A stretch of 64,000 nucleotides of DNA, taken from NCBI GenBank assembly GCA_051532055.1, contig JAOPTX010000057.1, positions 24,736 through 88,735 of the forward strand, read 5' to 3'. Made by a program: the position numbers and the translations under genes. Position 1 is the first letter of the stretch; every line of letters begins with the position of its first letter. A model generated the notes under the pieces. The model did not search any database and was not told the DNA's origin. It saw only the letters and a program-made list of their open reading frames with translations. Shown here piece after piece: positions 1 through 8,196 of the stretch. Source of the stretch: Fibrobacterales bacterium (lineage in GTDB: Bacteria; Fibrobacterota; Fibrobacteria; Fibrobacterales; JAOPTW01).

Positions 1-112
1 ATGCTGTTGCTGTAGCGTTGCCCGATACGAGTTCGTAGTATTGTGCTGATGCAAGTGAAGATACTACTGTGGTAAGAAGCGCAACGCGCTTTAAGATATT
101 TAATAATGTCAT
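1..112 (-). CDS. Secreted protein, 5' part only (runs off the window)
   Basis: Hand translation MTLLNILKRVALLTTVVSSLASAQYYELVSG...; signal-peptide-like with ASA|Q; AAGGGA just upstream. Confidence 0.65.
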   Translation of the reverse strand, partial: MTLLNILKRVALLTTVVSSLASAQYYELVSGNATATA

Positions 113-569
113 GTGTGTCCCTTTAAGATTATATTCAAAACGGTGTCCCAGTAACGTTTGTTTTGAACGAGGCAAAGGTATAAAAGAAATATTATCAGTC
201 TACAGAAAATGACGAATGCTTGAGGTGTTTTAGAAAAAATAATTGTGCCTTTGTTGTTGGTTTTTAGAGTATGTGTTTTGTTGACACCCCATTGATAGTG
301 ATAGCGTCGTTGTGGTATCTCTTATTACATAGTGTCTAAATGGTTGTATTATTTGGCTGTGAATTATTATCAGATAATTTGTTGAACTCAGAGATTTATA
401 AAAGGTATTGAAGCATATACGAGCCGTGAAACTAATTATTTATTTGAAGTAGATGTTGGAGGATCGAGCAGAGTTGATATTATATTACAGAATTGATGAC
501 GAATCTGGACATTCAGTCTGATAGCAACTATTTTATTGGTATGGAACAGTTATATACCTCAGAGTAACA

Positions 570-1598
570 ATGAAATCAACCGCAGAAAAGTATTATGCAT
601 CGACCTTATTGACAGGGATTGTTTTAGAATATCTTAAGGGATGTGGGGTAATGGATGAAGCTATTGTAGAGGCCACCGGAAAACCATGTGCCTATTTTAG
701 AGCTTCTGATGAGTACTTAACGGTTTATGAAGAAATGGGCTTGTGGGAAAAAGCATGTATTTTAACAAATAATATTCATGCAGGTATTGATATTGGTTTG
801 ATGACTACCCCTGAAGGTCTTGGAGTAGTTGGATACTTGTGTCTTCAACGACCAACGGTTAAGGATGCATTAGAAACGTATGCTCAGTATCATAAAATTC
901 TACAAGAAGGGGTACGGCTCGATATTGTGACTGGTGGAATTGATGCCTTTTATCATAGTATCGAGATTCCCCATTTTGAACCGCCACAATCAATAAACGA
1001 AATGGTGGTGGCAGCAACCTGGTCTATTATTGCGTCAGTAACATCGATACCAACGCAACTATTGGAAGTACATTTTATTAACGATCAACCTCATTCTACC
1101 GACAAGTTATTGAGTGTATTTGGCAAAAGTATTGTACTTAAATTTAATCAAAAGAGAAATGGTCTTTTGTACCAAGGAGGGTCTTTTAGTACCGCTTTGA
1201 AGAACCCGAATACTTCATTGGCGGATATTCTTCAACAGCATGCCCAAGTAACGTTACAGACTCGTTCACCAAAAGAGTTGTCGCTTACAGAAAAAATTGA
1301 GCAGTATATTATGGAAGAAATACACCAGAGTGATATAACCATAAGTTCGGTGGCTGGTAACCTAGGGATTGGCGTGCGTACATTACAGAGAGAACTTAAA
1401 GAAGAAGGGGTTGTTTTTAAACAGATTGTTGAAGACTCTCGAAAATCATTGGCTGAGGGGTATTTAAAAAAAGGTGATCTCTCTATTGCAGAGATTGCTT
1501 TCCTCCTGGGATTCAGTGAACCGGGCGTATTTACCCGGGCCTTTAAGCGATGGTTTCACTGTGCCCCAAAAGAGTATCGAAAAGAGTACTTACCTTAA
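570..1598 (+). CDS. AraC family transcriptional regulator (OruR/Arabinose_bd_2-type N-terminus)
   Basis: C-terminal RTLQRELKEEG...SIAEIAFLLGFSEPGVFTRAFKRW double HTH; N-terminal GVVGYL...T..DALE motif. Confidence 0.93.
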   Translation: MKSTAEKYYASTLLTGIVLEYLKGCGVMDEAIVEATGKPCAYFRASDEYLTVYEEMGLWEKACILTNNIHAGIDIGLMTTPEGLGVVGYLCLQRPTVKDALETYAQYHKILQEGVRLDIVTGGIDAFYHSIEIPHFEPPQSINEMVVAATWSIIASVTSIPTQLLEVHFINDQPHSTDKLLSVFGKSIVLKFNQKRNGLLYQGGSFSTALKNPNTSLADILQQHAQVTLQTRSPKELSLTEKIEQYIMEEIHQSDITISSVAGNLGIGVRTLQRELKEEGVVFKQIVEDSRKSLAEGYLKKGDLSIAEIAFLLGFSEPGVFTRAFKRWFHCAPKEYRKEYLP

Positions 1599-2125
1599 AA
1601 GTGATACCCTAAGTGTATGGTAGGGAAGAGCGAAATAGAGGTGTAGTCATATTTGTTTTGTTGAATGACCACCTCAGATCCCCAATTGTGATTATAATCA
1701 ACACTGACCCATGGGGTGACAAAGAAGTGCCCCCATGACCAACGGTAGCCAACTCTCACTCCGCTCGATGTAATGATACGGTTTTTATTTTGAGACGCGT
1801 AACTAAATTCAACAGTGGCAATGGACCCTTGAATACCAGTAAAGAACCCGTCGAGTGCATTGCCATACCAATCATATTTAAAACCGGCCCCTTTAAAATA
1901 GACGGTAAAATTTTTGTTATCAGAATCTTCAGGAAGTTCAAGACCAAATACACCAACATCAATTTTTGTCTCATCAAGGAGGTAGATTCCATGAAGAGAG
2001 TACCCTTTTAAAATGTATGCAAGGGGGTCAACTTCTATTTCGAATTGAGCGTGGCACGGTGATAGTAATACAAAAAATATGATTAATGTTGTTATCAGTG
2101 TAGTAGTGGTTCTTGATTGTTGCAT
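1595..2125 (-). CDS. Small outer-membrane beta-barrel protein (DUF3575-like)
   Basis: Signal peptide, alternating aromatic beta strands (GVRVGYRW), C-terminal LGYHF. Confidence 0.65.
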   Translation of the reverse strand: MQQSRTTTTLITTLIIFFVLLSPCHAQFEIEVDPLAYILKGYSLHGIYLLDETKIDVGVFGLELPEDSDNKNFTVYFKGAGFKYDWYGNALDGFFTGIQGSIATVEFSYASQNKNRIITSSGVRVGYRWSWGHFFVTPWVSVDYNHNWGSEVVIQQNKYDYTSISLFPTIHLGYHF

Positions 2126-2188
2126 GGTCGTATCCTCATTAGGATTATAGTATGGTCTAAAGGTATCTAATGGAGTATCAAGAATGAA

Positions 2189-2224
2189 TGACGCTGGGTG
2201 TCAAAAAATTGACATTTGATGACA
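2189..2224 (-). promoter_or_regulatory. Putative AraC operator: two TGAC-N-TG(T/A)CA units with 21-bp period
   Basis: TGACGCTGGGTGTCA (2189-2203) and TGACATTTGATGACA (2210-2224) upstream of the barrel gene. Confidence 0.5.
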
Positions 2225-2281
2225 GGATTGCATATTATTTCTTTTCCACGTTTGTTCATTTTGATAAGAGAATAATCTGAT

Positions 2282-2318
2282 AGCAGAATAGTGTAAAAAT
2301 TCAGCAGAGATCTGAAAG
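2282..2318 (+). promoter_or_regulatory. Putative AraC operator: AGCAGA..TG.AA direct repeat with 21-bp period
   Basis: AGCAGAATAGTGTAA (2282) and AGCAGAGATCTGAAA (2303) upstream of the 4Fe-4S gene. Confidence 0.5.
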
Positions 2319-2380
2319 ACCGATTCCCATACATTAGATATGTTGATCCTCATACAAAACAACATTGAGGGATACGTTCC

Positions 2381-3331
2381 ATGAGTAATAAAAAGAGTAC
2401 TAATCTTAAAGCCTACCGTGCGGCACCACTTTTGACAGCACTGGGGTTTACACTGGCATCACTCATATTTGTATTTGTACTTGATATGCCAAAACCAGTT
2501 CCGGTGTTCATTATTTTTGCAGTTATTCAAATTATCGGTATGACACTTTTTGGTGTGCTTCCGGGCAGAGGAAAAAAAGTGGCGCGCCTCATCTCTATGT
2601 TTCTAGTTGGTCTCTTTATTATGGTACTCGCAGGGGTACTGGGTAAAAATAATTTTCAACTTGAAGGGTTTCTGTTTTACCTATTCTCAGGGACTATGGG
2701 AGGTGCGGTAGTGCATACCCTTATGGCTAAAATAATTGGTCCAATCTTTTTTAGTCGGAGCTGGTGTAGCTGGGGGTGTTGGACCGCAATGATTCTTGAT
2801 CTGTTTCCGTACCAGAATGATACGAGTTGGAAAAAGGGCGCTGCTCCCAAAATGCGCTATTTACATTTTGGAGCATCAGTGCTATTAGTAGCGATACTCT
2901 ATTTTGGATTAAAATTTACCATACTGCATACTGACCCTGAGGCTCTTAAACAAGGGATGGGGACATCCACTGAGTTACTCTGGTTTGTTGTGGGCAATGC
3001 ACTCTATTTTCTTATTGGTATTTCTATGGCTATTGTAATGAAAGATAATCGAGCATTCTGTAAGTACGTTTGCCCCTTAACGGTGTTTTTAAAAACAACA
3101 AATCGTATTACGCTATTGAGAATAAAAGGTGATCAGGGGACGTGTACCTCGTGTGATGACTGTATTTCAACCTGCCCTATGAGTATTGATATTCCAAAAT
3201 ATATAACTGCCGGAGATCGGGTTACTTCTACCGAGTGTATTATGTGTATGCACTGTATTGATACCTGCTCTGAGTCAACACTCAAGGCATCGGTCGGTGT
3301 TGATTTTGCGCGGAAGGATTATCTACGCTGA
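2381..3331 (+). CDS. Membrane 4Fe-4S binding protein (NapH/MauN/YccM-like polyferredoxin)
   Basis: Multiple TM helices; RSWCSWGCW, RAFCKYVCP, CTSCDDCISTCP and CIMCMHCIDTC motifs. Confidence 0.88.
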   Translation: MSNKKSTNLKAYRAAPLLTALGFTLASLIFVFVLDMPKPVPVFIIFAVIQIIGMTLFGVLPGRGKKVARLISMFLVGLFIMVLAGVLGKNNFQLEGFLFYLFSGTMGGAVVHTLMAKIIGPIFFSRSWCSWGCWTAMILDLFPYQNDTSWKKGAAPKMRYLHFGASVLLVAILYFGLKFTILHTDPEALKQGMGTSTELLWFVVGNALYFLIGISMAIVMKDNRAFCKYVCPLTVFLKTTNRITLLRIKGDQGTCTSCDDCISTCPMSIDIPKYITAGDRVTSTECIMCMHCIDTCSESTLKASVGVDFARKDYLR

Positions 3332-4288
3332 TTCATATTTTTTACGGAATTGAGACGGGGTAGCACCTGCTCGTTCGGTAAAGCAGGTGGTGAAATAGGC
3401 AGATGACGAAAATCCACAATTATAGGCAACGTCAGTAATAGTGCAATCATGATGGAGCAGATATTTTTTAGCCTTCTGCACCCTGAGGTTGATCAAAAAA
3501 TCTGCAGGAGTCTCACCAGTTTCATCTTTAAAGGTTCGTGAAAAATGAGAAGGCGAGAGGTTAATGAATCGAGCCATTTCATTGACACTTATTTTATCTG
3601 CGAAATGTTCATTGAGGTGGTTGATCAAGCGATTAATCTCGATCTTACCACTTATCTTCTCATCGCTACTCGTGATTGTATGACAGTGCCGAATAAAAAG
3701 GTGGGTGATTTCGAGGGCGATGGATTGTAGAAGCGGTTCTTTGCCCGGGAGGTTTTCTTCATGCTCAACAATAAATCTTTTTAAGCCATTGAGCACCAGT
3801 TCATTATCACGAAAAAAATCACCTTCAAATTGTTGTGGCTCAATTTCGCTATAGAGCGCCAACTGCTTTTCGAAAAATTTTTTTGATATACAGACAGCCA
3901 TGTAGCTGTGAAACTGGTCTTCAATAATTTCTTCATGGGGGATGTCGGGGGAGAAGGCACAAATGTTTGCTTTGTTACCAAACGGGGACCGTTTAAGAGT
4001 TTCAAAAACGCGAACATCACCCGAAGTACTGAAGTTATATATAAATGAGTAGCCAGGATGAGTGTGCTGCGGAGTGATAGCATAATCACAGTAATCAAGG
4101 TAGGGGATAAAAATCGCAAGATCATTGCTGAGGTACATCTCAACATTATTGCCAATTTTCTCGATTGTACTATCGAGCATTGGGCCGACAAGGTTCCGGA
4201 TTATTGCTCTGTTGTGTTCTGGTATCATTGGGGGTGCGTTGGAGTTACTATCGTTTATAAAAATAGAAAATGGATGGGATAGATGCAC
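3323..4288 (-). CDS. AraC family transcriptional regulator (cupin-like N-terminus); start uncertain
   Basis: HTHPGYSF cupin motif; LSPSHFSRTFK...ITDVAYNCGFSSSAYFTTCF double HTH. Confidence 0.92.
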   Translation of the reverse strand: MHLSHPFSIFINDSNSNAPPMIPEHNRAIIRNLVGPMLDSTIEKIGNNVEMYLSNDLAIFIPYLDYCDYAITPQHTHPGYSFIYNFSTSGDVRVFETLKRSPFGNKANICAFSPDIPHEEIIEDQFHSYMAVCISKKFFEKQLALYSEIEPQQFEGDFFRDNELVLNGLKRFIVEHEENLPGKEPLLQSIALEITHLFIRHCHTITSSDEKISGKIEINRLINHLNEHFADKISVNEMARFINLSPSHFSRTFKDETGETPADFLINLRVQKAKKYLLHHDCTITDVAYNCGFSSSAYFTTCFTERAGATPSQFRKKYESA

Positions 4289-4561
4289 CTAAATAGTGGT
4301 TCAAGAAATGCATTCCTGAGTTATGAACTGAAAGAGTGTTAGAGAGTCGCTCCTGAGGTTTGCATTAATCATTCAGTGTTTTCCAATTGAAAACAGTTTA
4401 GAACCCTCCTTATAAGAATGTACCGGTATGGGAGTACGTTCTTTCCTATTCTTTATAGAGTGTAACACTATAAGAACAATAAATCAGAATCCTGCTTCGT
4501 TAATTACTCATCAAAAGGGCAGCTTCAACTCTTATTAGTTATTATATAGTATGATTATATT

Positions 4562-4589
4562 TTAAACAAATCTTAAGCAAATCTTAAAC
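4562..4589 (+). promoter_or_regulatory. Three TTAA(A/G)C direct repeats at 11-bp spacing (OmpR/PhoB-type box array)
   Basis: TTAAAC 4562, TTAAGC 4573, TTAAAC 4584, just before the RBS of the 4602 gene. Confidence 0.45.
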
Positions 4590-4601
4590 GAGGGGTTATT
4601 T

Positions 4602-5531
4602 ATGAAACAGAGCATTCTTTGTCTGTACCTTGCTTCAATCTTTTTTACAATGAGCTGTAATTTAATTATAGAAAGTGAGCCGAGCGAAAGTTCTAATCAC
4701 TCGAGCTCATTTGCCCATACATCATCGGTAGTATCGGTATCGTCATCATCAGTATTGGTACCGAATTCATCTGCTCAGCGTTCTTCTTCGTCCCTCTCTG
4801 TGTCTTCATCGATCTTTTCATCATCATCGTTCATCTCTTCTTCCTCTATACATACAAGCTCTTCATCTTCATGGTCATCCTCATCCTGGGTTTCTTCATC
4901 ATCTTTAAAATATGAAAAACCTCCATATATTCCTTTTATCGATGAACGTGATGGACAGTCATATCTCTCAATAGCAATTGGTGAGCAGATATGGATGGCA
5001 GAAAATCTTAATTATTCCGCAAATAATACGGTGGGCTTCTGTAGTGGTGAGACCACAACGGCACATGCGCCAAATTGCGATTCCTACGGGAGGCTCTATG
5101 ACTGGTACATTGCAATGGATAATGCACCGGAGAGTATAAAGAATCCGAGTATGGTTCAAGGCATCTGTCCGACGGGTTGGCATGTACCGAGTGATAGTGA
5201 ATGGGATCAGCTTATGGAATATGTCGATGCGCACAATGGTTCAGAAGGAGTCGGTCAAAGTTTAAAAGCAACAACGCTCTGGTCATCACACTCAGCGGGT
5301 GGTGTCGGCACTGACCTCTTTGGTTTCTCAGCATTGCCCGGGGGATTTGGCGGTACCTATTCTAAAGGTGGGTACTATGATAGCCTTACCAACTATGGCA
5401 TTCACTGGTCAACCAGTGTATCGGGGAGAAAGGTGTTACGCAGAGACTTCAGATATAGTGATCATGCGCTTTCAATCGATTATAGTGAAAAATTGTGGAT
5501 GGGATCGGTGAGGTGCGTTAAAGATCTTTGA
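4602..5531 (+). CDS. Lipoprotein with Ser-rich linker and FISUMP (Fibrobacter succinogenes major paralogous) domain
   Basis: Lipobox-like TMSC; WMAENLNY, YGRLYDW, CPTGWHVPS, FSALPGG, SVRCVKD motifs. Confidence 0.92.
   Translation: MKQSILCLYLASIFFTMSCNLIIESEPSESSNHSSSFAHTSSVVSVSSSSVLVPNSSAQRSSSSLSVSSSIFSSSSFISSSSIHTSSSSSWSSSSWVSSSSLKYEKPPYIPFIDERDGQSYLSIAIGEQIWMAENLNYSANNTVGFCSGETTTAHAPNCDSYGRLYDWYIAMDNAPESIKNPSMVQGICPTGWHVPSDSEWDQLMEYVDAHNGSEGVGQSLKATTLWSSHSAGGVGTDLFGFSALPGGFGGTYSKGGYYDSLTNYGIHWSTSVSGRKVLRRDFRYSDHALSIDYSEKLWMGSVRCVKDL
4688..4905 (+). repeat. Low-complexity TCN-rich (poly-Ser linker) coding tract
   Basis: Runs of TCA/TCT/TCG codons encoding SSSS blocks. Confidence 0.7.
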
Positions 5532-5666
5532 TTGAGTAACGAACACTTATAATGATTCAGGTACTGTTTTCACACAGAAAACAGTTGTCTGCTCGTAGGT
5601 ACTATTACTCATTGATATAATTGCTGGATGAGCTATACTTAGTGCACACTTTTACAAAGGGACACT

Positions 5667-6458
5667 ATGAAAACTCACTATTCTTTTTACCGAGTATTAA
5701 CCGTTATTTTCTTGATCATTATAGGATGTGGAGAAGAAGAAACTCTCGCTCCCATTGCTGATGATGTAGATGTAGGCTCAGCAGCTCATATTTTAAACAA
5801 CAGCTCTTGGAACCTTGATATCATTGGGCAAAAGCCTCTTTATGCAACAACTGATTATGACACTCTGGTTAGTCAATATACTCAAGCTATTTTTAAAGCA
5901 GAAGAAGAGAATAGCTGCCAGATGTCTTGTCATAACTATGACACACTGTTATATGATACTAAAGCAATTAAAGAATGCAGTGGTGATCCAAAATGTGAAA
6001 GGACTGTATCATCGGAGTTATTCATCGCGGTGAAAAAAAGTATTTTTAACGACTCCAATCTTCGTTCTTTGTATAGTGATACTCTCAATTATGAATACTT
6101 AGATATTGAAAAAGGTTCTCTACTCAATACAATTAAAGGATCATATATGAATCCTCTTTTAACATCTGATAATATCTCCGAAGAATGTGAAGAGAATGAT
6201 CCCGGTAATCTATACTTCCCGGCCTGCGCAACATATTACAATATGTGTAACGGCAATGAGATTAAAAGCCTGAATATTGTAATCCTTAGATTCAATTCAT
6301 CACCTGAGCGTTGCCTGATTTTTGATGAATCACTGTCAGAAGAGTTGTCGGATATTCGTTTTAATGGGGATTATTCTATTGAAGACTATGATGGTAAGAG
6401 TATCTCTGTTTTCAATATTACTGACGCGCATTATGATGCCGCCACAGAGTGTGATTAG
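5667..6458 (+). CDS. Hypothetical Cys-rich acidic lipoprotein
   Basis: AAGGGA RBS, lipobox IIGC, 10 Cys, no recognised domain. Confidence 0.7.
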   Translation: MKTHYSFYRVLTVIFLIIIGCGEEETLAPIADDVDVGSAAHILNNSSWNLDIIGQKPLYATTDYDTLVSQYTQAIFKAEEENSCQMSCHNYDTLLYDTKAIKECSGDPKCERTVSSELFIAVKKSIFNDSNLRSLYSDTLNYEYLDIEKGSLLNTIKGSYMNPLLTSDNISEECEENDPGNLYFPACATYYNMCNGNEIKSLNIVILRFNSSPERCLIFDESLSEELSDIRFNGDYSIEDYDGKSISVFNITDAHYDAATECD

Positions 6459-6589
6459 ACACGCTTCTAATAGTACTCATTCCAAGTAGGGGAGTGTCGT
6501 AGGGTTCACTGTGAACGTTCAATACTCCCTTTTAAAATGAATGAGAATGTACTGGTGCCATCAGAAATCTTAGAATATCCCATTAGTCA

Positions 6590-6618
6590 TTGCCAGTTCC
6601 AAACTAATTAGTTACTTT
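6590..6618 (+). promoter_or_regulatory. Sigma70-type promoter of the SRP RNA
   Basis: TTGCCA-17 bp-TACTTT, 6 nt before the start of the SRP stem. Confidence 0.6.
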
Positions 6619-6624
6619 TATCCC

Positions 6625-6722
6625 GTTCTAGGCCCTACGCAATGACTATGAGGGTGGACTCCGCCAGGGCGAAAGCAGCAACGGGCGCGCTTATTTTTTA
6701 TGTGCCGTAGCCAGCCTAGAAC
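6625..6722 (+). ncRNA. ffs: Signal recognition particle small RNA (4.5S)
   Basis: 98-nt hairpin closed by GTTCTAGGC/GCCTAGAAC; helix-8 motif CAGG-GC-GAAA-GC-AGCA; distal CGCAA...TGTGCCG as in 4.5S RNA; T tract follows. Confidence 0.88.
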
Positions 6723-6787
6723 ACTTTTTTCTTTTGAATATCCCCATTACATCTTTAAGATCTACTCAGTACTGCTATCACTGTATC

Positions 6788-7675
6788 TTATTTCGGATGC
6801 TTATGAGTGTTAGATTTACGTATTCTTGAAAGAGTATACCCAGCCTTTTTAAGCTGCTCTATAATACCCCTATAACCCAATAAATGACCAGCACCAACCA
6901 CAACAAACCCAACTTGGTTTGTTTCGGCGACTTTGATAATGTTTTTACTCATAGAGTCATTTCGGCCATAAAAAAGAAGATCATACATTTTCTTATATGC
7001 AGGTATTTCGGCATCCATAAAGAGAAAATTTGAAAGGCCCAGTGAGTCACCGCTTTTCCAAGAGGTCATCAGCTGATTAACCAAGGCGAGGGCATTTCCA
7101 CTACTTTTGAGTGTATAATCTATAAATGAGCTATCACTCCCAATGTCATCAAAGAGCTCTATCTGAAATTCCATAGATTCAAGTGGCAGTACCTTCCGCT
7201 TCTCTCGGTTTGATAAAAAGTGCATATCAATGCCCAAATTTGAATCAAACCCCATTTTTTGCATCATGGCCATCATAACAACCTGACAGACATACCACGG
7301 TTTAAAAGGTTCAAACATTTGCATCTGTAACCCAACAGAATCCACCACATACTTCTCCAAAATGGAGTAATTCTCTACAGAAAGCGTATTTTTAAGCGTG
7401 GTACCCGCAGGATATTGAGCGTATTTTAACATAAGCGCTTGCGCTTCCATTGGCTTAATGGATGCCATATCAACCTCAACCACCAGAAGCTCCGACTTAT
7501 TCCAAGCGTCAGTTACATAATCCGCCATAGGATAAAAACTAGTATCGGCAACATGAATCGACCCAAACAAATAGATCTCTTGAGAACCCTTAGTAGCCTT
7601 CCAGAGAAGAGGTGAGTTTGTACTACTAAAAACAGTTATGATGGTCAGTAGGAGTGTTATAATAAAAAGCTTCAT
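6788..7675 (-). CDS. TraB/GumN family protein
   Basis: LLWKA...YLFGSIH, GIDMHF, LESMEFQ, RNDSM, VVGAGHL motifs; signal peptide. Confidence 0.92.
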   Translation of the reverse strand: MKLFIITLLLTIITVFSSTNSPLLWKATKGSQEIYLFGSIHVADTSFYPMADYVTDAWNKSELLVVEVDMASIKPMEAQALMLKYAQYPAGTTLKNTLSVENYSILEKYVVDSVGLQMQMFEPFKPWYVCQVVMMAMMQKMGFDSNLGIDMHFLSNREKRKVLPLESMEFQIELFDDIGSDSSFIDYTLKSSGNALALVNQLMTSWKSGDSLGLSNFLFMDAEIPAYKKMYDLLFYGRNDSMSKNIIKVAETNQVGFVVVGAGHLLGYRGIIEQLKKAGYTLSRIRKSNTHKHPK

Positions 7676-7896
7676 TGTTCTCTAGCCGGTAATGAAATAC
7701 TTATAGAATATACTAATCCCCACCAAATTTGAGGTTATGTTGTGTATCTCCTTCATTAGATAAAAAGGAAAAGAAGAGATACATTTGAAGAATCCACCGC
7801 CCGAACCATACGTGCGAAGCACACTATACATTACAACCGCGCCCTCCCCAAAAGTTAAAGATATTGGATGTACAGCCGCTCCTAAATAATAGAGCA

Positions 7897-8095
7897 AGGC
7901 TAAACGCCACCGAGGTGCATGATGACCATTAGGTTCTCAGCCATTGTGGAGCCAATACCCAAGCAATGTGTACGGAGCAGTGCAGCCTGAACCAGATCTA
8001 CAAAGCATTTGTAATGAGGCTTTCTGCAAGAATGCTTTTTGTCCAGTCTTTTGGGCACCCAAAAGGTCTGGCCTCGTTCGGGGGAGGACCCCCGA
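7897..8095. repeat. GC-richer multi-hairpin intergenic element (repeat/MITE- or ncRNA-like)
   Basis: Consecutive stems AAAGCATT/AATGCTTT, CCAGTCTTTTGGG/CCCAAAAGGTCTGG, TCGGGGG/CCCCCGA; left boundary approximate. Confidence 0.45.
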
Positions 8096-8137
8096 GAACT
8101 CTATCTAAAAAGAAAAGAGGAGAAAGGAGAACAAAAC

Positions 8138-8168
8138 AAAAAAAGCCAGTGTCAACAGACACTGGCTT
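8138..8168 (-). terminator. Rho-independent terminator of the DUF1015 gene
   Basis: Perfect 11-bp stem AAGCCAGTGTC/GACACTGGCTT with U tract on the minus strand. Confidence 0.85.
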
Positions 8169-8196
8169 AAAAAACAAAAGAAAAAAGAGAGAAAAC

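Noticed and set aside
4289..6560. Integron cassette array (co-oriented lipoproteins with intergenic hairpins)
   Set aside because: No convincing RYYYAAC...GTTRRRY attC boxes and no integrase
6788..7675. Conjugative element suggested by the name TraB
   Set aside because: TraB/GumN is a widespread chromosomal family; no transfer genes nearby
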